The notes under the pieces are model-generated. The model saw nothing but the letters and a program-made list of their open reading frames with translations, did not search any database and was not told where the DNA came from. A stretch of DNA of 24,364 nucleotides from Candidatus Heimdallarchaeota archaeon (lineage in GTDB: Archaea > Asgardarchaeota > Heimdallarchaeia > Heimdallarchaeales > Heimdallarchaeaceae): the NCBI GenBank assembly GCA_016839945.1, contig JAEOTE010000081.1, forward strand, positions 1 to 24,364, written 5' to 3'. Positions 9,801-17,264 of this stretch are shown one piece after another. Positions within the stretch are counted from its first letter, which is position 1. Each line of letters opens with the position of its first letter. The translations under genes were made by a program, and so were the position numbers.

Positions 9801-10216
9801 TTTTCAGCAGTATCCTGATCAGCTGAGACTTCAACAAGATCATACCAGTAATGTTCTCCTTGATCAACAGGCATTCTCCCAATTAAATCAAATTCCGAGG
9901 TTGCTGTAGATTCTATTTTTTCACCATGTTGTATAAATGAGGAATTTCCTATTACATCAGTAAAACTTGGATACGTAGCAGGTGCAAATCTAGGTCCAGA
10001 TTCTGACTGAACAATAACTAGCTGTTGAGTATCTTCATCTTGTACTATCTGAATAATTTGATGTTCAGTAACTTGATTTTCTTCTGAAATAATCTCAATA
10101 GTATAGGTAGTATCTTCTCCTATTGTTTGATTTTTGGTTAAACCCTCCACTAAATACTGTGTAAGAGGAAAAGGTATGATAAGTACTAACAGGAAAAAGA
10201 AAACAATTTTACGCAA
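3878..10216 (-). CDS. Giant membrane-anchored surface protein / adhesin with about 19 tandem bacterial Ig-like repeats
   Basis: Signal peptide MRKIVFFFLLVLIIPFPL; a recurring [TS][DN]xxG motif (TNSSGYA, TDQNGEF, TDAQGEF and others; 19 counted) roughly every 90-100 aa; a C-terminal TM helix followed by the basic tail RRFLKRRK; many NxS/T sequons; TTG start with GAGGTGA SD. Confidence 0.88.
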   Translation of the reverse strand: MRKIVFFFLLVLIIPFPLTQYLVEGLTKNQTIGEDTTYTIEIISEENQVTEHQIIQIVQDEDTQQLVIVQSESGPRFAPATYPSFTDVIGNSSFIQHGEKIESTATSEFDLIGRMPVDQGEHYWYDLVEVSADQDTAENLVIDNEFAIEFSLSFGASFEALSLNISEVVSPISNQIDFYITADLQNYQTSYLMKYEISLHTYNFHKNNPDSPLLFAFWNHPLSTQVNNVLTADTTYYAVLASSSDFNLQYSNDLTGSDENKVYIYNGGSWTEQTNIDIPFSVYTGSLLSNSEVDSQGQTTITYDSSGTTGMYHKITSNYYDDSNIYDSSTDYWDLSIVNSLEPEFLELNSPSSAEYSDTIDLTAKIENLYHQPLSGVNVSFYNSLDNLTWSFHSAEISNQNGYAIGQYTINQGSGIVYFKAETSFLTAYSSTTQLKENIQVIVPRVYCTYGSAIGYADITEYILEAQIIDNDGQPIESQLALFYLQGIVDPVFTATNASGYATTPVGLIDWNAGYYPNSFWISINMDSNLYNYPATTYGDLDISPNTLIVQSPALIEKYWNEPFSTTIRFFDLENDPVPNLSFEVIIFESRTNINTSLGILQTDLNGYGYLSFPAEFFDPGDFIVYIKVNSFNYLYFEESISMTINSDKAVISTNLSENETYVYNSLFFVETWITDHLGNPIDNMTVLIYVSVPNEFGIWDETFYIITNSSGYASVELNLDMNANDVLCILITTTDYYENGILYYAKSDSITSYVTCLKAPSSFHQLNDIDCTNQETITIDGYLLSNSFPVVGEVVTITILGIEYQVVTDVNGYFVLVYTVEQGGIIEVQVNFSSSQNYYESSETIYLDSSPCSLTINASDIHQNTSNPIDFVVYVESAYGTTPEGIEVKFYWFDTISWIYIGSAFTNSSGYAVFTPLVTFPLGEWIWKASIESDSNWNDAETTRNLKVGISTTISLTAPATAEYQTSIILEAEVRDEYDQPIQVEVAFYLNGTLIGSGFSDASGAVTSEWFVDFIPGIYNLKAEIIQSGMYIQNSTESTFQITKTASFISSDDVFIYYNQSAVVFIYLYSSLGGIPSEYLTITISGILQEQVLTNSSGWVEWQIPSISPGVYEVEISFAGNNYYLNSMLEISLQIDKMPTNLTLNAPNQTYTTSYLISGYIQDVFFQPIEGLILKLIINGTEFQSTASDEFGYYEFTVSLEPATYLIEVEFIGDSYFLSSTALKTVFIWKIETTIEGQVSWNDMSLIIETNLKDATDNPLANEAIYFYLNGSLIGQNITDSNGYVFFVLEDQTPGIYEIEIVFQGTSIYSESSQLIVLEQAKLQTELTVHVYEGIYATQETVIEIRLTSEGVPLENENILIMINSIDYYALTNSSGYAVLVLNLFMNAGLYDLQVYFEGDILYSAIIFNSNFNISKAESSISLTFYYENYQPWLLGTLFGNTALSGETIVLDQNGVYYKTLITDQNGEFLTLIDLPIGTYEIVSSFYGNENYLPTSKLIMITIYKTTTEIVFIGSFNQTFGQTVELDVQLVDSLDNPIIGQLIISLDGNHYATLLTNETGFATIILLDTISTGSHVLKIEFQGNAMYYQTSLDIPFYTKYEINLIDLQINPQSYGSEGSISGVIDNYLGLLDSVSVVLLLDGFEYLTLTDSEGNFYFSIDQFLDAGTYQVIIKVNENDIILYFETTFEIQRLKGYADISLNTLQKVFNQDTNFYGIVSFLSIPIPNASINVYLEGVLLGSLITDAQGEFIIPSSWLEISPHDYILTIEVISNDTNIEDTSKNFIISILKDNPTVEFDFENNIVEEEVRMIIRIFDSNNVPLPFMLFTITIGDDVLNGVTDEEGIAYLEYYLSNTEILDIIIDITETSHYNAIQSLHSINVEKCYSQFSVDNTQSSYNSSSGLEIKLLSINGNPLKGMPVLIFIGINSYTYYSDSYGVVSLDLSEYEVGIYQMDIFFGGSDDYNPTTLSIEFEITPQETYLKIEQEKQNLILQLVDGENRSLSDKEIKIRYISLNGTTVKEERFVTNPEGLVVLELDSRYLPKDAKELLFVYGGEKSYIGCEIKIDLQKLIDAGRNFLSSTTFLWSMVSVIGIFVIVSLRRFLKRRKLGSQI

Positions 10217-10221
10217 TTTTT

Positions 10222-10231
10222 ACTCACCTCA
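10222..10231 (-). promoter_or_regulatory. Shine-Dalgarno site GAGGTGA overlapping the radA stop codon (translational coupling to the adhesin gene)
   Basis: The minus strand reads TGA(stop)GGTGAGTAAAAA-TTG; only 12 nt separate the two ORFs. Confidence 0.75.
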
Positions 10232-11413
10232 CTCTAATGTTGCAAATTCAGTTTGAACTTCTTCTTCCTCTTGTTGTATATCTACTCCTACACCTATTTC
10301 TAAAGCTAATTCTCTATGTTTAGCTTCTTCTGTTATATCACAAATACCAAAAGTTCCAATGGAGAAATGACATTCAGATTGTGATAACCAGCCACAATCA
10401 GTAATTAAAGCCCTTCTAGCATTAGGAGCGTCATACTGATTTCTGATTTTACTTGTAGCTCTTCTAAGCCAAATTCGGATATCTGATGCATGGCCCAAAA
10501 TGAACCCACCTGCTGGAAGAATCTTGTCCATTGCGGTGGCAAAAGGATCTGGGTTAGCCATTACTTGATTTGTATAGACTACTGCTAAATCATATGCATC
10601 TGCTAATCTCATTAATGTATGAATTACTCTATTCAGATGTTTTTGTCTATCAGCTAATTCTCCTAGTCCTCCATATTCAGATCTGAAAGGATCTAGAAGA
10701 GAATCTACAATTAACAATTTGACATTTTTTTCCGGAATAATTCTACCTACTTCTTTTAATGCTAATTCTATTTGAGCCAAAGTACGTGTATTTGCTACCA
10801 TAAATTTACTTGTATCAATTTTTCCATCAGGTATGTTGTGGGTATACTGATAATATTGCATGATTTGTTTAAGTCGTTGTGGTTTGAAACTCCCTTCAGT
10901 ATCAAGTAAAATTACTCCTGATTCAAGTCCTCCAAAATCCTTAGGTAAAAGACAATTCACGCTCAAAGTATAGCAAATTTGTGTTTTTCCACTAGCTGGA
11001 CTACCATACAGCTCTACAAAGCATCCTGAAGGTATTCCGCCTTGAAGCATGTTGTCTAATTCTTTTGAACCAGTTCGAATCTTCAACCTTTCAGTTTCTA
11101 ATTCTTCCCTTTCTTCTAAGGATAAGAATAAACTTCTATCGCGTTTTTCCTCAAATTGGCCTAGAAGAAGATTTGCAGTTGCTTCACTTATTCCAGGAAG
11201 TTTTTCAAGATCTTTCTTGGTCAAAGCTTTTATCCCTCTTGGGTCTACAATGTTTTCAGTTGTCAAGACCTTGTGTACTCTCTTCTTCATCGATTCAGAG
11301 AGTCCTTTAATTTCAGAGAGAAAATCCATAAGAGAATCTGTTTTTGTTTTAGATGTTTTTTTACTGCTAGAAGCAGTTTTACTAGATTCTATATTATTAT
11401 CTTGTGAAGCCAT
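10229..11413 (-). CDS. radA: RadA/Rad51-family recombinase, divergent paralog (probable start ATG 11413)
   Basis: N-terminal (HhH)2-like domain (IKGLSE...LPGISEATA), Walker A GSPASGKTQ, catalytic DTEG, Walker B LLIVDS, L1 FRSEYGGLGELADRQ and L2 TNQVMANPD...GGFILGHASDIRIWLRR. I moved the start from 11464 to 11413 because the TATA and motif lie at 11429-11449. Confidence 0.9.
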   Translation of the reverse strand: MASQDNNIESSKTASSSKKTSKTKTDSLMDFLSEIKGLSESMKKRVHKVLTTENIVDPRGIKALTKKDLEKLPGISEATANLLLGQFEEKRDRSLFLSLEEREELETERLKIRTGSKELDNMLQGGIPSGCFVELYGSPASGKTQICYTLSVNCLLPKDFGGLESGVILLDTEGSFKPQRLKQIMQYYQYTHNIPDGKIDTSKFMVANTRTLAQIELALKEVGRIIPEKNVKLLIVDSLLDPFRSEYGGLGELADRQKHLNRVIHTLMRLADAYDLAVVYTNQVMANPDPFATAMDKILPAGGFILGHASDIRIWLRRATSKIRNQYDAPNARRALITDCGWLSQSECHFSIGTFGICDITEEAKHRELALEIGVGVDIQQEEEEVQTEFATLE

Positions 11414-11418
11414 GTTCT

Positions 11419-11449
11419 TCAATAATTTATGCTTAATTTCGTATATAAA
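11419..11449 (-). promoter_or_regulatory. Cluster promoter, copy 1 (radA-adhesin unit)
   Basis: Minus strand: TTTATATA (11449-11442), N5, TTAAGCAT (11436-11429), N7, TGA (11421-11419), then ATG at 11413. Confidence 0.75.
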
Positions 11450-11459
11450 GGAGGAGAAG

Positions 11460-11488
11460 TACAAACAAAAATAAAATTGAATTTGTTT
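11460..11488 (-). terminator. T-rich archaeal terminator after the helicase gene
   Basis: The minus strand reads AATTTTATTTTTGTTTGT shortly after the helicase stop and before the radA promoter. Confidence 0.4.
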
Positions 11489-13675
11489 TCAAGTTGATGC
11501 TTTGTTAAGTTCTTTTGCTTTCGCTTTTGAATATCTAATTTCTGCTAAACCTTCACTGTTTTCTATCCAAGAATTTATCTTTTCTGCTTCAATGACTTTG
11601 CCTGTGAAGTAATTGATTGATTGAAACATCATTAGAAATCTGTAAATGGTTTCTCTCCAATCATTAACAAAACTATCACTTATATTGTATCTCTCACATA
11701 AATCCCTAACTTCTCTTCCATCTACAATATTTTGAGCTAATCTTATTGCTTGTAGTGATGACAACTCGTTTGCTTTTATCTCTTGTTTAATTGTTCTATC
11801 TCTTGTCATAAACCGTTGTAAATATTGTGTCAGAGTTAATTCCTTGTTTGTTCCACAGTACTCCAAATAATCTAGGAAATCATAAGGTTGCACAAAATGC
11901 TTTGCTGCAATTTGCCCCATATAGGTGAGATTTAATATTTGACCAGCAGATTTTACTAGAAATCCCTCTTTTGTTAAGAAGTCAATTATTCCATAAGTAT
12001 TCAGCCATCTTTCTTGTGTTTCTGGATATTTCTCAAGCAAAAACCTTTGGTGTTTACAAACAAAGTTTGAGTACTTATTTAAACAAGAACAAGTTCTTCT
12101 ACTTGGTGAAAGATAAATCTGGTATAGTCTTGATTGTTCTTTTATATTCGCTGCTACAGCTGCTCGATTAATTCCATTTATTGACTGAACTTCCATCTTT
12201 CTTTCTCTTACTCCTCTTACATTATCGAACCTTCTATAGAAATCAATCACTTCATAAGTCTCTAATTGTGAATCAGACGAAGAAAAAAGAGCTTGAAGTA
12301 ATTCAAAATCCACCAAATTTCTCATTAATTTTGATTTGTTTTGGTAAAACCAAAATGAATCTTCGATTGGTTCAACTAGATGGACCAACTCTCTTGAAAG
12401 AGGTTTATCGGAATAGAACATATTTTCTAAATAATACTTCATTAAAATATCATATTCTCCAAATTTACTCTCTACTGCTCGATAAATTGGTGAAGGAGTA
12501 TCATCACTATATGTGAAAAATTTTGTTTCCGTCTTTTTTCTCATTCTGTCATTTGTTACTAAAACTATCCCTATCCCTTCTGTACAGAACCCTAGTCTTC
12601 CTGCACGTCCCAATGTTTGAAAAACAAGAGTGTTGTCTGTCTGAATTCTTTTGTTTTTTAATGTATAAACTGATACATTTGCAGGTAAGTTGACTCCACA
12701 AGATAATGTGGAGGTGGAAACTAGTACATCAATATCTCCCCTATGGTACATCTCTTCAATAATCAGTCGCACTACTTCACTTAAACCAGCATGGTGATAA
12801 CTAATTCCTTTTTCTATAACCTCCTTGAGAAGTGGTGGAAAATATACTTCTTGGATGGTTTTTTTTACACTTTCTTCATCAATCTCACTTAAAGCATTTC
12901 GAACAATGTTGTCAAGCTCAGAATAGTTTCTTGGTTCACTTTTCTTTGCAACTCGTTCTGCTAATGCTTCAGCGTATGATCTTGAATGACTGAAAACCAA
13001 AATTTGATCATATTTTTTTCTTAGTTTATTTATATAATCTATCACATCTTTTGAAACATCTACTGAATATGATATTGGAACAGGTCTAGAATTTTCTACT
13101 ATTGGAGTTAAATTTAACCAATCTGCAATTTCGATTGGATTAGAGATTGAAGATGAGAGAAGAATTAACTGTGCTTTGTTTGGACTTTTTTGCCATTCTA
13201 ATACTATTTCCTCAATTACAGCTCCTCTATCTGTTCCAATAAAATGAAACTCGTCAAGAACTAGAATTTTCAGATATTTACGAAGAACCTCATAACGTTT
13301 TTGTAATGCTAGAAATTTTTCATATGTACCTATTATAATATTTGCGTCTGCTATTTCTTCTTCCTTGATAACAACTCCTCCAACTGCAAGAAGAACCTTT
13401 ATTCCTCTCTGTTCCACTAAATTCAGAAAATGGTTGAACTCTTGAATTGCTAGAGATTTATATGGTAAAACAAATCCAATTTTTATCCTCCTTGGTGATT
13501 GAAGAAATTTACCATAAACTGATTCAAAGTACTCGAGAATATATTGTTCTGTAATGTATGTTTTGCCAGAAGAACTTGGTGCAAGAAGAAGTACATCTTT
13601 TTGTTTTCGAAATTCTTCTAAACACTTCTTTTGAAAATCTGTTAGCGAAACCTCTCCAACTCCACTATTATCCAT
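11489..13675 (-). CDS. Ski2/Hel308-like SF2 DExH helicase with an inserted SWIM zinc finger
   Basis: Q motif LTDFQ, Walker A APSSSGKT, Ia PYKSLA, Ib TYEKF, DEFH, motif III LSSS, YHHAGL, V TSTLSCGVNLPA, VI QTLGRAGR; SWIM-type CSC-x8-CKH near 12050-12091. Confidence 0.9.
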   Translation of the reverse strand: MDNSGVGEVSLTDFQKKCLEEFRKQKDVLLLAPSSSGKTYITEQYILEYFESVYGKFLQSPRRIKIGFVLPYKSLAIQEFNHFLNLVEQRGIKVLLAVGGVVIKEEEIADANIIIGTYEKFLALQKRYEVLRKYLKILVLDEFHFIGTDRGAVIEEIVLEWQKSPNKAQLILLSSSISNPIEIADWLNLTPIVENSRPVPISYSVDVSKDVIDYINKLRKKYDQILVFSHSRSYAEALAERVAKKSEPRNYSELDNIVRNALSEIDEESVKKTIQEVYFPPLLKEVIEKGISYHHAGLSEVVRLIIEEMYHRGDIDVLVSTSTLSCGVNLPANVSVYTLKNKRIQTDNTLVFQTLGRAGRLGFCTEGIGIVLVTNDRMRKKTETKFFTYSDDTPSPIYRAVESKFGEYDILMKYYLENMFYSDKPLSRELVHLVEPIEDSFWFYQNKSKLMRNLVDFELLQALFSSSDSQLETYEVIDFYRRFDNVRGVRERKMEVQSINGINRAAVAANIKEQSRLYQIYLSPSRRTCSCLNKYSNFVCKHQRFLLEKYPETQERWLNTYGIIDFLTKEGFLVKSAGQILNLTYMGQIAAKHFVQPYDFLDYLEYCGTNKELTLTQYLQRFMTRDRTIKQEIKANELSSLQAIRLAQNIVDGREVRDLCERYNISDSFVNDWRETIYRFLMMFQSINYFTGKVIEAEKINSWIENSEGLAEIRYSKAKAKELNKAST

Positions 13676-16600
13676 TATTTATCCTTTTCCTAATACTTTC
13701 GATTAGTTGCTTTACTAGATTATCTTTGCGTTTATCATTCAATTCAAACACAAAACTATCTTTCTCTTCCTTAATACTTTCAATTATCTCTCTCCTATTC
13801 TTTTGTGAGAAAGAGGAAGTGACATCATCATTCTTAGAATTAACTGAATACTCCCAGAGTAATTTTTGAGACTGTTCAAAAGGTTCTGGTAAACCTGAAT
13901 TATTGAAGAATGATCTTATCTCTTCAAGATAAATATCTCTATCCAAGTTAGGAAAGAACATAGTTTTAATTTTCAATAAAGAAGCTATAGTAGTGTTTAC
14001 TGCTGAAATGAAATCATCTTTAGGAAGATTGATTGTGAGTTCTAATCCTTCTAAAACCTCATCAGAAAATTCTGAATTGAGTAGATTTGTGATATTCTTA
14101 TTTTCCTTTCCAATCAAGGATAATTCAGGGATTTCTGTTAAGAAAACATCACGATCAAAGTCTTTCCATTTTTCAGAATTCAGTTCATTTTCTATGACTT
14201 TTTCAATAAAACCTTCATTTTGAATAGAGTTTGAATTCTCTTCATAGTTAGCTCTTATTTGAATGGTATCTACTACAGAAAATGCTTTGAGAAATATTCT
14301 TGATACTGCTTTTTCTGGTAGTTTTTTGAGAGATGTTTTTTCTTTTAGGATGACTTCTAAAGAGTTCAAAAACTTATTTAACCTCATTGTTTCTTCTTGA
14401 AAAAAATCCTCTATTAGTTGTAAGATTTTTAATAAAGTTTCTTTTAATCCTACTAATTTTGCATTATTTTGTTCATCTGAATCTCTAATCATACTCATCT
14501 TTTTTCTTAATTTCTGAATTTTCTTCAAATCAATCTTACTTTCGAAATATTCAATATCATTGACCTTAATGTTTTCACCTTCTATGAAATCAGAAAGGAT
14601 TTCTTCTTCATCGAACTCTTGTTTATCAATTTCTTTATTTTGAGCATCAATCAATGTTGTAAATTTTAGTTTCTCTAAAAACTTCTTTCCTCTTGGAGTA
14701 ATTTTAGTCCAGTATTCTCCTTTTCCTTTTTTGTTAACCGTTTCATAGAATATGTAACCATACAATTCAAGTAATGAAACAGCTGTTCGCATTTTTTCTT
14801 CTTCCCATTTGGGAAAGAGTTTCACAAGAGATTCTGTGTTTATTCCTCTATTTGCCTTGGATGCCAGTTTATCCAAAATATCAATAATTATTGGAAAATA
14901 CTCACTATAATCATCTAAACTAACATGAAGTTGAGTTTCATCAACACTGACGTTTTTTTCATCTTTGACTCCTTTCATCTTTCTATTGATTAGTAATGTT
15001 TCATGTCTTTCAATATCCTCTTTATAGAATTTTAGTAAGAGGGGTTTTTCATGTAAATCCTCTCTTATTAGTAGAAAATTATTCTTAGGTAGTCTTCGTA
15101 CAAAATCCTGCTGATTCTTTTCCAAGCCATGAGTATCTGAAATAAGTTTTACGCATCTTGCAGATTTAAGATTTCCAATAATTCTATTATATGTCAAATC
15201 AAAAACTGGTGAAGCAAGTTGGGATGGGTATGGTGTTGAAAAGATTAATTTGAAAGGACTGTTTTCTAATTTTTTGAGAACATGAGACAATATTGTTTTT
15301 TCTATTTCTCGTGAGAAAAATAATTCTGCATCGTCAATATAGATGAGTATTTCATCTTCAATTTCTAAAAGTTGACTCAAAACTGTTAATTGAAGTAAAA
15401 ATGTGTATAGGAATAGTTTCTGAATTTTGAATCCCTGAGGACTAAAATCAATTATGTAGTTATTCTTAATGAGCTGTTCTAAACCTCTTTTGTCATTTAT
15501 CATAGTATTTGACGAAATACTCAAATCTTTGATATCATTAATTAAAGCTTTTATTGTTGAAAGCTGGAAATCTGTAATCACCAAACCTCCGGGTTCAATT
15601 GTAAGCATTGAGTATAAATCATCCAAAGTTACAGGTGCATCATGTCTAGGAAACAGAATATCCTCCTGTTCTTCTTGATACTCATTTACATAAAATTCTA
15701 TTAGATCTCGTAGAAGTACAGAGATATCATCCCGTACGTTGGTAATTGAACGAACTATCTCAATGAAATTGGAAAGATATTGAGAAGATAACTGTTCTGA
15801 AATATACGATTCTTCAGTTACAGGTGTTAAAACATTGAATTTTAAGTTGTCACCTAAAGTTAAATATTCAAAGGATGAATTAATTCTTTCTTTAAACTCT
15901 AAATTTGATCTTGGATCAAGAACAATGAATCTTTTCTTCTGTTCTAATATTTTACATGTCATAATTTCTCTTGTTTTTTTGTCACCAGAAATTAGTAAGG
16001 GATATGACATATTCTTAGGTAAACCTACTGGAGTTTCCACCTCAGATAATCCCAATAAAGAATCATCATCCGATTCTATTCCAGTTGGAAAAGAGAAATA
16101 GCTATCTGGTCTTTTATCAACTGCAGGACCAGGAAGAAAGGATTTTTGAAATTCTTCATTCTTTTGAATTACTGAATATTCTTTTGTCAAATCACTAAAA
16201 ATATTCTTGTGTGTTGATAGGAAATTTTTATGATTAAGAGAGTTATACAATACTAATTCTTTCAAAGTTTCTCCCAGAAGACGTCCTATTTTCCCTAATC
16301 CTTCTAGCTTTGGTTTTAGTTCATTTTGCATTCGAAGAACGAAATCATCAACTATATCTTCTATCGAATGAAAAGTCTTAGTAAGATCATATTCATTCCA
16401 GACTTTGAGAACAAAAAAAGACAAGGCAACATTAATCAAACCTTCTTCCTCTTCAAAAAGTTCATCTATTAAAGAAGAAGAGTTTTTTTCTTTGGTTTTT
16501 AAACTTGAACCATTTCCTTTTTTTCTTACATTTGCAGGAATAAACATTCGATGTAAAGATGTATTGAGAAGTTTTACTTCATTAAGAACTGAAAATAGAG

Positions 16601-16796
16601 GGTCCTTTCTCTTTTGTTCTTCTGCTTGATATCTGTATCTTCTATATTGATTTTCTTCTCCTTCTTTTGTAACCTTGAAAGGTTTAATTATAAAGGCTGC
16701 ATAGATAGTAATTTTATTTTCAGAACGAACAAGATAAATGGATTTCTTTGACCCAATAAATTTTAGTAATTTGTTTTTACTTTGCATGTTTAACAT
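13668..16796 (-). CDS. VirB4/HerA (FtsK-HerA superfamily)-like protein with a degenerate ATPase site and a C-terminal winged helix
   Basis: Family-like segments occur in the expected order: LLG...PVGLP...LLISG, FIVLDP, LG..LKFNVL, PVTLDDL, IIDFS, IYIDDAE, STPYPSQL, VRRLPKNNFLL. Walker A is degenerate (ISGDKKTRE). The wHTH-like segment is LELYGYI...KITPRGKKFL. The ORF overlaps both neighbours. Confidence 0.7.
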   Translation of the reverse strand: MLNMQSKNKLLKFIGSKKSIYLVRSENKITIYAAFIIKPFKVTKEGEENQYRRYRYQAEEQKRKDPLFSVLNEVKLLNTSLHRMFIPANVRKKGNGSSLKTKEKNSSSLIDELFEEEEGLINVALSFFVLKVWNEYDLTKTFHSIEDIVDDFVLRMQNELKPKLEGLGKIGRLLGETLKELVLYNSLNHKNFLSTHKNIFSDLTKEYSVIQKNEEFQKSFLPGPAVDKRPDSYFSFPTGIESDDDSLLGLSEVETPVGLPKNMSYPLLISGDKKTREIMTCKILEQKKRFIVLDPRSNLEFKERINSSFEYLTLGDNLKFNVLTPVTEESYISEQLSSQYLSNFIEIVRSITNVRDDISVLLRDLIEFYVNEYQEEQEDILFPRHDAPVTLDDLYSMLTIEPGGLVITDFQLSTIKALINDIKDLSISSNTMINDKRGLEQLIKNNYIIDFSPQGFKIQKLFLYTFLLQLTVLSQLLEIEDEILIYIDDAELFFSREIEKTILSHVLKKLENSPFKLIFSTPYPSQLASPVFDLTYNRIIGNLKSARCVKLISDTHGLEKNQQDFVRRLPKNNFLLIREDLHEKPLLLKFYKEDIERHETLLINRKMKGVKDEKNVSVDETQLHVSLDDYSEYFPIIIDILDKLASKANRGINTESLVKLFPKWEEEKMRTAVSLLELYGYIFYETVNKKGKGEYWTKITPRGKKFLEKLKFTTLIDAQNKEIDKQEFDEEEILSDFIEGENIKVNDIEYFESKIDLKKIQKLRKKMSMIRDSDEQNNAKLVGLKETLLKILQLIEDFFQEETMRLNKFLNSLEVILKEKTSLKKLPEKAVSRIFLKAFSVVDTIQIRANYEENSNSIQNEGFIEKVIENELNSEKWKDFDRDVFLTEIPELSLIGKENKNITNLLNSEFSDEVLEGLELTINLPKDDFISAVNTTIASLLKIKTMFFPNLDRDIYLEEIRSFFNNSGLPEPFEQSQKLLWEYSVNSKNDDVTSSFSQKNRREIIESIKEEKDSFVFELNDKRKDNLVKQLIESIRKRINNG

Positions 16797-17259
16797 TTTT
16801 CTTCATCTCCTTCTCTATTCTTTTGAAGAGTCTAGCTTTCACAAAAGCCTGGACTCGAGGATAGATCTTTCGATTTAGAGGTTCTAAAGATATGTTAAAA
16901 TCTCCATTATGGGATTTTTCTATAATTCCTATCCCTTGTTCCTTACTCCAGTTATATTGATCTTCTCTGAAGGATGAATTATCCCTAGGACATAAAACAT
17001 AAAGATGATTGCAGAAAGGAAGATAAATTTGAGGGTGTTGTAGAAATAAACCATTCTCGGCTTCTACAAAAATTATAATATCGTCTTTCTTATCATAAGC
17101 TGCAAGATCAATTCTTACATATTCTCTTCCTTCTAAATAGTTATCATAATAAATCTGATGAATAATAGGAATAGTTAATTCTTTCACAACTTGCATCCCT
17201 TCTTCCTCCCAATTTTTAGCAAGTTCATTAACAAGTCTATTTTCAATACTGTAAACCAT
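16777..17259 (-). CDS. PD-(D/E)XK-superfamily nuclease, MmcB-like (probable start ATG 17259)
   Basis: E in the first helix (IENRL), RIDLAAY...IIFVEAE core, and YLPFCNHLYVLCP and GIGII segments like those of MmcB-type nucleases. Start chosen from promoter spacing. Confidence 0.72.
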   Translation of the reverse strand: MVYSIENRLVNELAKNWEEEGMQVVKELTIPIIHQIYYDNYLEGREYVRIDLAAYDKKDDIIIFVEAENGLFLQHPQIYLPFCNHLYVLCPRDNSSFREDQYNWSKEQGIGIIEKSHNGDFNISLEPLNRKIYPRVQAFVKARLFKRIEKEMKKNVKHAK

Positions 17260-17264
17260 GTCTT

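Noticed and set aside
3878-10216. Possible DNA-level repeat array or diversity-generating retroelement target in the adhesin
   Set aside because: The repeats are visible only at protein level and are highly diverged; I see no near-identical template/variable repeat pair and no reverse transcriptase.
10229-11413. Calling the RadA paralog a DMC1 ortholog because of NPD in L2 and GELADRQ in L1
   Set aside because: Ordinary archaeal RadA proteins share these residues; orthology needs a phylogeny.
11414-11464. ORF-track N-terminal extension of RadA (MYFSSFIYEIKHKLLKN)
   Set aside because: It overlaps the TATA box and the shared promoter motif, so ATG 11413 is the more likely start.
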